A stretch of 55,991 nucleotides of DNA from Eubacteriales bacterium (GTDB lineage: Bacteria > Bacillota > Clostridia > Oscillospirales > CAG-272), in the NCBI GenBank assembly GCA_045632105.1, contig JAZQVZ010000034.1, positions 1 to 55,991 of the forward strand, written 5' to 3'. A model generated the notes under the pieces. That model was given only the letters and a program-made list of their open reading frames with translations. It did no database searches and had not been told where the DNA came from. The position numbers and the translations under genes were made by a program. Below are positions 26,630-34,417 of this stretch, one piece after another. How positions within the stretch are numbered: the first letter of the stretch is position 1; each line of letters opens with the position of its first letter.

Positions 26630-27614
26630 TGCGCTTACCTTCGATCAGCTTTGTCAAAGGCTTTGTAAAAACAAGAAAACGTTTATAATCTATCATATCC
26701 GCTCGGATGCCGATGCGGTAGGATCGGCGTTTGCTCTTAAGGAGCTTTTGCGAGCTATGGGTATTCCCGCATACTGCCTTTGCAGCGACGAGGTCCCCGA
26801 GAGATTGCAATTCCTTATGGACGGCACGCAGGGAAGCGTTCTGCTTTCCGACGAGGGATCTCCCGATTACGAGCAGGTAATAAGCGTGGATTCGGCGTCG
26901 CCGGCCCAGCTTGGCGAGCTTTTTATTCGCCTGCGCAAGGACGTGGATATTATGATAGACCACCACGCCAGCGGAACCCCCTATGCCGATAATTATATCG
27001 ACCCTACGGCGGCGGCCACGGGTGAGATAATCTACGCTATTGCCAAGAGATTGGTGGAGATGGGCGAGATAGAGAGCATCCCCCCGAGAGTTATAAACTG
27101 CGTTTACGCGGCTATCAGCTCGGATACGGGAGGATTCAAATATGCTAACGCTACACCCAAAACTCTTCGCATTGCGGCTGAGCTTCTTGAGGCAGGAGTT
27201 GACGGCGCGGAGCTTAACAGACTTCTTTTTGACTCTAAGTCGGTAAAGCAGATAAAGGCCGAGGGAGAGGCGATAAAGCGCCTTCGCACCTATGCCGACG
27301 GACGTGTTGCAGGCTGTACTCTGCCTTACTCGGTAAAGGAAGCGCTGGAGCTTGAGGACGAGCATTTGGGTACGCTTATAGACATTCCTCGCTCGGTCTA
27401 TGGGGTCGAGGTAGCCTTCGCTATAAAGCAGGAAACCGCAGACGGAAGCTTCAGGGTGTCTATGCGCTCGGCGACCGATTTTGACGTGGCGCAGATATGC
27501 GCTGTATTTGGCGGCGGCGGTCATAAGAGAGCCGCAGGCTGTACTGTCAAGGCATTTAGCGTCGAGGAAGCAGAGAAGAAGATACTCGATGAGATATACC
27601 GAAAGCTTAAATAA
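26613..27614 (+). CDS. nrnA: DHH/DHHA1 phosphoesterase (NrnA-type oligoribonuclease/pAp phosphatase)
   Basis: Motifs HIRSDADAVGS, DHH (MIDHHAS) and GGGGHKRAAG. True start taken as the ATG at 26613, overlapping the rbfA end; the ORF-track N-terminal 28 aa were rejected. Confidence 0.85.
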   Translation: MTVSFNALTFDQLCQRLCKNKKTFIIYHIRSDADAVGSAFALKELLRAMGIPAYCLCSDEVPERLQFLMDGTQGSVLLSDEGSPDYEQVISVDSASPAQLGELFIRLRKDVDIMIDHHASGTPYADNYIDPTAAATGEIIYAIAKRLVEMGEIESIPPRVINCVYAAISSDTGGFKYANATPKTLRIAAELLEAGVDGAELNRLLFDSKSVKQIKAEGEAIKRLRTYADGRVAGCTLPYSVKEALELEDEHLGTLIDIPRSVYGVEVAFAIKQETADGSFRVSMRSATDFDVAQICAVFGGGGHKRAAGCTVKAFSVEEAEKKILDEIYRKLK

Positions 27615-27642
27615 AAGACGGTTTACCCGTCTTTTATTTTTG
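27613..27642 (+). terminator. Terminator after nrnA
   Basis: AGACGG-loop-CCGTCT hairpin plus a TTTTATTTTT tract. Confidence 0.7.
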
Positions 27643-27658
27643 TTTTTAGAGAAATCTA

Positions 27659-27687
27659 TTGACAGATCACCAAAAATATGATATCAT
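27659..27687 (+). promoter_or_regulatory. Sigma-A type promoter of the SPFH gene
   Basis: TTGACA-17 nt-TATCAT. Confidence 0.55.
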
Positions 27688-27720
27688 TTTAATATCAAAG
27701 AAACCTTTTGGAGGTATATT

Positions 27721-28743
27721 ATGCAAGAAAAAGTTTTGAAAAACAAAAAGATAGGAATGTTGGTTCTGGTTCTTGATATTCTTCTGCTTGCGGCTGCAAC
27801 TGCTGCTGTTATATTTGGTGGCATAATGTCAGAGGAGCAGGACTGGGCATTCGGTTGGGTGCTGTTCGGTGTTGGAATGTTTGTGCTTTGCGTAGGCTGG
27901 ATCCCGCTTATCGGTCTTCGTGTCCTGAAGCCCCAGGAGGCATTGGTGCTCACCCTTTTCGGTAAGTATATCGGTACTATCAGAGAGGCAGGATTCTATT
28001 GCGTTAACCCCTTCTGTACCTCGGTAAATCCTGCGGCTAACACCAAGCTCAACCAGAGCGGCGACGTTAAGACTAACGTAAGCGCTCCTGCGGTAAACGC
28101 ACAGGGTCAGATAGGCGCTAACATAGTTGACAAGAAGATCTCTCTTAAGATCATGACCCTCAACAACAACCGTCAGAAGATAAACGATTGTCTCGGAAAC
28201 CCCGTTGAGATCGGAATTGCGGTAATGTGGAGAATCGTTGACACTGCAAAGGCTGTGTTCAACGTTGATAACTATAAGGAATTTCTTTCTCTTCAGTGCG
28301 ACAGCGCTCTTCGAAACGTAGTTCGCATCTATCCCTACGACGTGGCTCCCAACGTGGATACCACAGGCGACGGTATGGCAGACGAGGGAAGCCTTCGCGG
28401 CTCCAGCGAGATAGTTGCCCAGAGAATACGCGACGAGATACAGGCTCGTGTAGAGGAGGCAGGTATCGAGATCATCGAGGCGAGAATAACCTATCTCGCA
28501 TACGCTCCCGAGATAGCGGCTGTAATGCTTCAGCGCCAGCAGGCATCTGCAATAATCGATGCAAGAAAGATGATTGTTGACGGAGCTGTTGGAATGGTAG
28601 AGATGGCTCTCGCACGTCTTTCTGAGAACAATTCTATTCAGCTTGACGAGGAGAGAAAGGCTGCTATGGTTTCCAATCTTCTTGTAGTTCTTTGCGGCAA
28701 CCGCGACGCTCAGCCTGTTGTAAACTCGGGATCCTTGTATTAA
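27721..28743 (+). CDS. SPFH/band-7 domain membrane protein
   Basis: 340 aa; two N-terminal TM segments followed by a stomatin/prohibitin-like domain and a coiled Ala/Gln-rich segment. Confidence 0.8.
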   Translation: MQEKVLKNKKIGMLVLVLDILLLAAATAAVIFGGIMSEEQDWAFGWVLFGVGMFVLCVGWIPLIGLRVLKPQEALVLTLFGKYIGTIREAGFYCVNPFCTSVNPAANTKLNQSGDVKTNVSAPAVNAQGQIGANIVDKKISLKIMTLNNNRQKINDCLGNPVEIGIAVMWRIVDTAKAVFNVDNYKEFLSLQCDSALRNVVRIYPYDVAPNVDTTGDGMADEGSLRGSSEIVAQRIRDEIQARVEEAGIEIIEARITYLAYAPEIAAVMLQRQQASAIIDARKMIVDGAVGMVEMALARLSENNSIQLDEERKAAMVSNLLVVLCGNRDAQPVVNSGSLY

Positions 28744-28755
28744 TCGGGGGTCTTT

Positions 28756-28956
28756 ATGAACGATTCGCAAAAGAAACAGATACCGCTGAGATTATCTCCA
28801 AAGCTTTACGCCGCTATCGCCGCGTGGGCAGAGGACGATTTCCGCTCGATAAACGGACAGATAGAATATCTGCTTTCCGAGTGCGTAAGACAGCGTAAGA
28901 AGAATGGAAAGTACGTTTCCGATGAGATAGACGTACCGCCTGAATTGGATATATAA
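28756..28956 (+). CDS. Small Arc/MetJ-type ribbon-helix-helix protein
   Basis: 66 aa; [32 protein letters not shown] fits the beta-strand/helix/helix RHH pattern; starts 12 nt after the SPFH gene. Confidence 0.6.
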   Translation: MNDSQKKQIPLRLSPKLYAAIAAWAEDDFRSINGQIEYLLSECVRQRKKNGKYVSDEIDVPPELDI

Positions 28957-28992
28957 AAATAAGCCGTAGGCAATGCCTACGGCTTTGTTTTT
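28955..28992. terminator. Bidirectional terminator (RHH gene / cyclophilin gene)
   Basis: AAGCCGTAGG-caatg-CCTACGGCTT hairpin flanked by an A-run and a T-run. Confidence 0.85.
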
Positions 28993-29645
28993 TAGTTAAA
29001 GGAAAGCTCGGAAACGTCAGCGAAGCGAATAGAGTTGATTACTATATCCTTTCTGGGCTGATCGCTCGAGTCGGTGCCTACCGAAACGATATCGTCTACT
29101 ATATCCATACCGTAAACCGTGTAGCCGAATGCGGCGTACTGACCGTCAAGGTGAGAAGAGGTCTTCTGCACTATGAAGAACTGGGAGGTTGCGGAGTCGG
29201 GAACGCTGGTACGAGCCATGGAAACCACGCCGCGGAGGTGGATAAGGTTGTTGGTAAAGCCGTTGGAGGTGAACTCACCCTTGATAGTGTCAGCTTTCTT
29301 CTGCTCCATATCGGGTGTGAAGCCTCCGCACTGCGCCATAAAGCCATCTATGACTCGGTGGAAGATAAGTCCGTCGTAGAACTTGTCAGAAACGAGCTTT
29401 TTGAAGTTTTCAACAGTGGTGGGAGCAACGTCGGGGAAAAGACGGATAAGGATCTTTCCGTAGCTTTCTACGTCGATAAGAACGTAGTCGGTTTCCTCTT
29501 CGCTGATCTTTACGCTCTCTATGGAATCGGTTTCGCTGAAGTCTATATCCTTGAGCAGAGGCGCTTCGTGCTGCTTTTTGTCGCAGGATGCGAAGCACAG
29601 GAGCATCATAGATGCAAGAATTATGATAGAAATAAGTTTTTTCAC
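28992..29645 (-). CDS. Cyclophilin-type peptidyl-prolyl isomerase lipoprotein
   Basis: 217 aa; signal peptide with lipobox LCFASC; FHRVIDGFMAQCGG, VVSMAR, SQFFIV motifs; GTG start. Confidence 0.88.
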   Translation of the reverse strand: MKKLISIIILASMMLLCFASCDKKQHEAPLLKDIDFSETDSIESVKISEEETDYVLIDVESYGKILIRLFPDVAPTTVENFKKLVSDKFYDGLIFHRVIDGFMAQCGGFTPDMEQKKADTIKGEFTSNGFTNNLIHLRGVVSMARTSVPDSATSQFFIVQKTSSHLDGQYAAFGYTVYGMDIVDDIVSVGTDSSDQPRKDIVINSIRFADVSELSFN

Positions 29646-29677
29646 GGTTTTCTCTCTTTCTTTTTTATTACCCGTAT

Positions 29678-29706
29678 ATTTTAGCAGATTTTGCCCTTTT
29701 TGTCAA
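29678..29706 (-). promoter_or_regulatory. Sigma-A type promoter of the cyclophilin gene
   Basis: Minus strand TTGACA-17 nt-TAAAAT. Confidence 0.6.
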
Positions 29707-29715
29707 GGCGGAGGC

Positions 29716-29744
29716 TCATATTTGAGGGCGGAGAGGGATATAAT
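29716..29744 (+). promoter_or_regulatory. Candidate sigma-E type sporulation promoter of the ytvI-like gene
   Basis: TCATATT-14 nt-GATATAAT compared with the B. subtilis sigma-E consensus as I recall it (kmATAtt-14-CATACAhT). No sigma-A -35 at proper spacing. Confidence 0.45.
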
Positions 29745-29765
29745 TAAGGAAAGGGGGAATGAAAA

Positions 29766-30848
29766 ATGGAGAAAAACGACGGCTGGCAGTCAAGGGCGGG
29801 ACGGCTTTTCTGTGTGTCGGTGGCGCTTCTTGGGGTATATCTTGCTCTTAAATATGCCCTTGGAGTGCTTCTGCCGTTTTTGTCGGCGTGGCTTATAGGA
29901 ATTCTTTTGTCGGCGTTGGCGAGGAGAAGCGCCAAGCGGCTCGGGGGAAAGAAAAAGAGCTGGGCGGTGTTTTATTCTGCGGTATTTTGGTTGATGGCGT
30001 TTGCCATATGCTATCTTGCGGTGGATAAGCTCCTCCGTGAGGCAAGAGATATGCTGGCGCTTATAGAAGAGCGAGAGGAGGATATAACTCGTTGGATAAG
30101 CGGTGTTGTGAACGATCTGACGGCGTTGCCGTCAAAAGTGCCGTTTTTAAGCGTTATCGGTGGAGCGGGAGAGAGGGTCAGCGCCTTTGTTTCCAATGGC
30201 CTTCAGAGGATAGCAGAGAAGGGTGGCGAGGCATTTGCTACGGGCGTGGGCAGAGCGGTGCTTGGCGCTCCCGGTGTGGCTCTCGGCTTTATAGTTTGCA
30301 TTATATCCTCGGTGTATATAGCGGTGGATTGGGAGAATATGAGGGAATATCTTTTCGGACTTGCGCCCGAGGGCTGGCGGATAAGAGATATTTTTAAAAG
30401 GTTAGGATCGGGACTTAAGGGCTATGGGAGAGCGTATTTCTGGCTTTTTGTGATAACCTTTACAGAGCTTTATGTGGGGCTTCTGCTCCTTGGTCGCAAA
30501 TACGCGTTTTTTATATCCTTCGTCGTAGCGATATTTGATATGCTTCCGTTATTTAGTGCGGGCGTGGTCCTTGTGGTTTGGGGTATAGTATTGATAGTAA
30601 GTCGAGGTTATCTCGTAGGGGTGGGAATGCTGTTGCTTTTCGGCGTGATAACTGTGACACGTCAGATAGTCGAGCCGAGGCTTATAGGAAAGCAATTAGG
30701 AATTCACCCTTTGGCTACGCTTGTGGCAATGTATATAGGGTTCAGGCTGTTTGGCTTTTGGGGAATGATACTTTCTCCTGTCGGAATACTTGCTCTTAAG
30801 GAGATACTTGAGGGGAGCAAAAAAGAAAAGATTAGAGAAAGAACTTGA
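29766..30848 (+). CDS. ytvI: AI-2E family transporter / sporulation integral membrane protein YtvI-like
   Basis: 360-aa polytopic ORF with the C-terminal VEPRLIGKQLGIHPLATL motif of the AI-2E (PerM/YtvI) family. Confidence 0.75.
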   Translation: MEKNDGWQSRAGRLFCVSVALLGVYLALKYALGVLLPFLSAWLIGILLSALARRSAKRLGGKKKSWAVFYSAVFWLMAFAICYLAVDKLLREARDMLALIEEREEDITRWISGVVNDLTALPSKVPFLSVIGGAGERVSAFVSNGLQRIAEKGGEAFATGVGRAVLGAPGVALGFIVCIISSVYIAVDWENMREYLFGLAPEGWRIRDIFKRLGSGLKGYGRAYFWLFVITFTELYVGLLLLGRKYAFFISFVVAIFDMLPLFSAGVVLVVWGIVLIVSRGYLVGVGMLLLFGVITVTRQIVEPRLIGKQLGIHPLATLVAMYIGFRLFGFWGMILSPVGILALKEILEGSKKEKIRERT

Positions 30849-30873
30849 CACAGAAGGATATGTATGGTATAAT
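30845..30873 (+). promoter_or_regulatory. Perfect-consensus sigma-A promoter of tRNA-Gln
   Basis: TTGACA-17 nt-TATAAT; overlaps the ytvI stop codon; 15 nt upstream of the tRNA 5' end. Confidence 0.75.
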
Positions 30874-30888
30874 AATCGCTGGCGATTA

Positions 30889-30965
30889 TGGGATATAGCC
30901 AAGCGGTAAGGCACCAGACTTTGACTCTGGCATTCTCGCTGGTTCGAATCCAGCTATCCCAGCCA
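30889..30965 (+). tRNA. tRNA-Gln (anticodon UUG), CCA encoded
   Basis: Hand-folded cloverleaf. Acceptor TGGGATA/TATCCCA; D arm GCC..GGC with AGCGGTAA loop; anticodon arm CCAGA-CTTTGAC-TCTGG; T arm GCTGG-TTCGAAT-CCAGC; 3' GCCA. Confidence 0.9.
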
Positions 30966-31008
30966 AAAAGAGAGGCTCTGCAACGCAGAGCCTCTCTTTT
31001 TGGCTGGG
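30958..31008 (+). terminator. Terminator after tRNA-Gln (24-bp perfect hairpin)
   Basis: CCCAGCCAAAAAGAGAGGCTCTGC-aac-GCAGAGCCTCTCTTTTTGGCTGGG; the inner GAGAGGCTCTGC stem is followed by TTTTT. Confidence 0.85.
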
Positions 31009-31038
31009 CGAAAATCTTCGTCAAAGGCGAATGTCCGG

Positions 31039-31068
31039 AAAAACACTCAGGCGTTGCGGAGCAACGCC
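31039..31068 (-). terminator. Candidate terminator of the GT8/acyltransferase operon
   Basis: Minus strand GGCGTTGC-tcc-GCAACGCC hairpin, then TGAGTGTTTTT. Confidence 0.5.
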
Positions 31069-31087
31069 CGTTCGTATTCGTAAAACA

Positions 31088-31666
31088 TTAGATAGATACT
31101 TTTGCCTGATTTTTTCGCTCCATACGCGCAAGCATTGATTTAAGCTTGGGGGTGTTATACCGAAGAGCCATAGTGGGTAGAATGTTCAAAAACAGATTAA
31201 CTAATGCCACGGGGAGCGCTATCGTGAGAGAGCAGGGGAGAGATAACGTGAGCATCGCCAAAAAACCAACGGGATAGGACAGGCGATGCGTCAAAACACC
31301 CTTGTTGCACTCTATAATAAATTTTTTAATATAGCTTGGGTCGTCGGGTTCTTTTAGTTTTTTCTTGCTAAAGCCTCCAAGTCCTCCAAGCTCCCATATC
31401 TTATCCTTCCAAAGTCTGACCCTTAGCCTTTTGTATAGGCTTTTTTCCTTTTGCGTTACGTGGTAGAGCTTATTATTTATGCCAAACCATCGGTCGGGCA
31501 TTTTATTGATAGCGATGGCAATGCTTCCATCTAAAGCGAATTGAAGCGCAGTACACCAAATGACCGCTATAATGATATAATACCAGGTTGCTGTTCCAAG
31601 CAAAAGATTGAAGGCCGATATAATGAGCATTGCGGCTCCTATGATACTAAGATAAAGCTTCATCAC
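31088..31666 (-). CDS. Polytopic membrane protein, possibly CrtO-like (glycosyl-diaponeurosporenoate acyltransferase family)
   Basis: 192 aa; 4 TM segments flanking a basic loop LRVRLWKDKIWELGGLGGFSKKKL; family assignment from memory and tentative. Confidence 0.4.
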   Translation of the reverse strand: MMKLYLSIIGAAMLIISAFNLLLGTATWYYIIIAVIWCTALQFALDGSIAIAINKMPDRWFGINNKLYHVTQKEKSLYKRLRVRLWKDKIWELGGLGGFSKKKLKEPDDPSYIKKFIIECNKGVLTHRLSYPVGFLAMLTLSLPCSLTIALPVALVNLFLNILPTMALRYNTPKLKSMLARMERKNQAKVSI

Positions 31667-32490
31667 TCACCGTACACCAGGGGCTGTTTATAAAAGTCTT
31701 CATAGACCTGTACCCAAGCCTCGTAGTTTGCCTTTCTCATTTTTTCCTTTGCTTCTGCGCTTGACAGAGCTGTATCGGGATATATGGAGGGAAGGATATG
31801 AATGGTGTATTCCTGCACGAAAAATCCGTCGCCGTCGAGAACGTCGCTGTCCTCCATGGTTATAAATATCGGCACGATGGGCGCTTTATTTCTTACCGCC
31901 AGTGCGAAGGCTCCGTCCTGCAGGGGCTTTGGCTTACGATAGTTCCACCACATGCTCTGCTCGGGATAGATGAGTATGGTCTCTCCTCTGCCGAGAAGAG
32001 TTTTTATAGCTTTTAAGAATTTTTTCATGGTTGCTGCCTGACTTGAAAGAGGGAGGGTATTACAATGGCGCATAAACAGACCAAAGGGCTTGGGAGGATT
32101 TGTGTAATTTCCCTCGCGAATGATCTTGTAAAGCATTTTTCCGTCCATATGATCTCGCAGAGCTATCCAAACGGCATAATTATCACACGCGTTGAAATGA
32201 TTGCAGGTAACGATTTTTCCGCCCTTTACGGCTGCGAAATTTTCAATTCCTTTTACGCTCTTTATTATTAACTGACGCTTGGCTATCATTTTGTCAAAAA
32301 AGCGTGCGCCTGCAATATTGGCGATCTTGTTTTTGATCTTGCTGGACAGCTTTTCGTTTAAATAATCTATCTGGTCGGGCATAAGCGGGTAGGTTTCGGG
32401 GTCGTCCTCTACGTCAAGATGCCATAGCTGCTTTTTTTCAAGCTCGGAAATGCGTTCGAGAAGCTCTAATTTATGTGCTGATTTTTCCAT
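31663..32490 (-). CDS. Lysophospholipid/1-acyl-glycerol-3-phosphate-type acyltransferase (PlsC family)
   Basis: 275 aa; HX4D motif NHFNACD and IYPEQS block; 4-nt overlap with the downstream gene. Confidence 0.75.
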   Translation of the reverse strand: MEKSAHKLELLERISELEKKQLWHLDVEDDPETYPLMPDQIDYLNEKLSSKIKNKIANIAGARFFDKMIAKRQLIIKSVKGIENFAAVKGGKIVTCNHFNACDNYAVWIALRDHMDGKMLYKIIREGNYTNPPKPFGLFMRHCNTLPLSSQAATMKKFLKAIKTLLGRGETILIYPEQSMWWNYRKPKPLQDGAFALAVRNKAPIVPIFITMEDSDVLDGDGFFVQEYTIHILPSIYPDTALSSAEAKEKMRKANYEAWVQVYEDFYKQPLVYGE

Positions 32491-32500
32491 AATATAAACC

Positions 32501-33427
32501 TCAAATCTTGCAAAGCTTTTTTGAAAACGTATTCTCGGATGCTACGATAATTTTCGCGTGCTCAAGAATTTCACGTGCGGTCGCTTCCTTTTGCGCCATT
32601 TTGATCGCATCAAAATTTTGTCTGTTTAAGCATATCTGCTTATAAAAGGGTGATCCTTTGGCGTAATGCCAAAAATGGTCGCCGTACATAACGTCATCAT
32701 ACTGCCAAGGCTTTTTATAAAGAGCGTAGTGCACGATATTGGTTTCTCCCTCACAAGCAAGAGGCATAGGCTCCTTGTTCCAGCCGTTTGGCAGCATATA
32801 GATCTTGCCAAGGCACAAATAATTCAAATACGCTTGGTCGGGGTCGAGAAGATCGAAATTATGCTCTGTAATAAGACGTATGAATTTTTCTTCAATTTCG
32901 TTTTTTCGAAACGCCTTGAGATTCATCAGTAGTACGCCTGCGTTTACGTATTTGTCGGGATCGACACCAAGCGCTTTTTCGGCATAGACTCTGAATTCAT
33001 CGGTGTTTTGCACGAATTGCTCGGGAGCGGCTCCCAAAATGTTGTCACCGAGCTCTGTGAAGTAGAGCTTGGATATATCTCCCAAAACCACAAGATCACA
33101 GTCTAAATATATTATCTTGTCGTACTGCGGGAAAAGCGAGGCGATAAATAGCCTGTAATAGGTAACTATCGAAAAGTGATATACGTCCTTTAACTTGGAT
33201 TTGATCTTTTCGATATCACTTGAAATATCGACGAAATCGATCTTGAAGCCGTTTTTTTCGTTTTGCTTGATCTTATAAATATTTTTCTCGTTTAAGCCTG
33301 TGTTCAAAATGACGATCTTATAGTTAAACTCTTTTGATGCGTTTGCGATCAGGGATGCAATAGCAACGTCTAAATAGGGTATATAGTTATCATCCGTCGA
33401 AAAGAAAATTGGTATTTCCTTAACCAT
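32501..33427 (-). CDS. Family 8 glycosyltransferase
   Basis: 308 aa; FSTDDNY start, DxD motif YLDCDLVV, NAGVLLMNL block. Confidence 0.85.
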   Translation of the reverse strand: MVKEIPIFFSTDDNYIPYLDVAIASLIANASKEFNYKIVILNTGLNEKNIYKIKQNEKNGFKIDFVDISSDIEKIKSKLKDVYHFSIVTYYRLFIASLFPQYDKIIYLDCDLVVLGDISKLYFTELGDNILGAAPEQFVQNTDEFRVYAEKALGVDPDKYVNAGVLLMNLKAFRKNEIEEKFIRLITEHNFDLLDPDQAYLNYLCLGKIYMLPNGWNKEPMPLACEGETNIVHYALYKKPWQYDDVMYGDHFWHYAKGSPFYKQICLNRQNFDAIKMAQKEATAREILEHAKIIVASENTFSKKLCKI

Positions 33428-33574
33428 TTCGCGTGCTCCTTTGCTTTGATAATTGCATATTATAATTATACCATAGTTATCTGCAAAGACAACCTACATA
33501 TACGTAGGGCGCTCCACGAATTGTTTTGACGCCGTAGAGAGTAAATTATACAACTCTACGAATCGTAGAGTGAT

Positions 33575-33610
33575 AAAAAACGCCCCGTTTCTTAGAAACG
33601 GGGCGTTTTT
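33575..33610 (-). terminator. Terminator after the XRE regulator gene
   Basis: ACGCCCCGTTTC-tta-GAAACGGGGCGT hairpin with an A-run and a T-run on either side. Confidence 0.85.
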
Positions 33611-33614
33611 ATCA

Positions 33615-34235
33615 CTATTTTTTAGGCTTGCAAATAAGCGACCAAAGTACAATAACGATCTGACCTACTACGCCCGACAAATAGATAAGACTTACGTCGA
33701 TGCCGAAATATAGGCAGGAGATATGTACTGCGGCGAGAATCGACCACATCAACATGGAGATGATAAAGTAGTTATTTCTTGGATTGAACCATATAGAATT
33801 GAACACCAGCTTTACGATCAGTACTACGGGCAGGGCGTAAACGAAGTAAAGGAATTGGAAGTGCATTCCTTTTAGGATCAGGGTGGTGATAATAAATGCA
33901 ACTATGGCAACCAGCCAGGCGCCGCTTTCTGCGATATATGCGATCGGCTTGCGATTATATTGGCGCTCGGTCTTTTCGTTTTCGATGGTGCAGGGTTTAG
34001 TATGCTCTGCCGTTACAAGATAATCGACGGTTACGTTAAATACGTTCGCAATATCGACCAATACCGATATATCGGGAGATGATTCTGCTCTCTCCCATTT
34101 TGATATTGCTTTGTCGGAATAATTTATTTTTTCAGCCAGCTCAAGCTGCGTCATATTGTTTGCCTGACGAAGCTCGGATATATTTTTGGCGACAATACTT
34201 TTTATATCGTTCATTAGAGTTTCTCCAAATGTCAA
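33615..34235 (-). CDS. XRE-family HTH regulator with C-terminal membrane domain
   Basis: 206 aa; N-terminal HTH NMTQLELAEKINYSDKAISKWERAES followed by about 4 TM segments. Confidence 0.85.
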   Translation of the reverse strand: MTFGETLMNDIKSIVAKNISELRQANNMTQLELAEKINYSDKAISKWERAESSPDISVLVDIANVFNVTVDYLVTAEHTKPCTIENEKTERQYNRKPIAYIAESGAWLVAIVAFIITTLILKGMHFQFLYFVYALPVVLIVKLVFNSIWFNPRNNYFIISMLMWSILAAVHISCLYFGIDVSLIYLSGVVGQIVIVLWSLICKPKK

Positions 34236-34264
34236 AGGATATGTATTACAATTTATTTTTACAC

Positions 34265-34293
34265 ATTATACCACAGAAAAGGTGGGTTGTCAA
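34265..34293 (-). promoter_or_regulatory. Sigma-A promoter of the XRE regulator gene
   Basis: Minus strand TTGACA-17 nt-TATAAT with TG extension. Confidence 0.65.
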
Positions 34294-34362
34294 TTATACG
34301 GGATTTGTTTTCTTTGAAAATGCGATATGAGATGAAACAAAACAAAATTTGTAAAAAGCCTG

Positions 34363-34391
34363 TTGAAAATCCCGCCAAAAAATAGTATAAT
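34363..34391 (+). promoter_or_regulatory. Sigma-A promoter of the HAD-murB-whiA operon
   Basis: TTGAAA-17 nt-TATAAT. Confidence 0.65.
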
Positions 34392-34417
34392 GTATATAGA
34401 AAATACGGAGGGCTGAT

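Noticed and set aside
29759-29854. Alternative 31-codon ORF starting at the ATG at 29759, overlapping the ytvI start
   Set aside because: It is out of frame with the conserved AI-2E-family protein. The GGGGG RBS is spaced correctly (8 nt) for the ATG at 29766, not for 29759.
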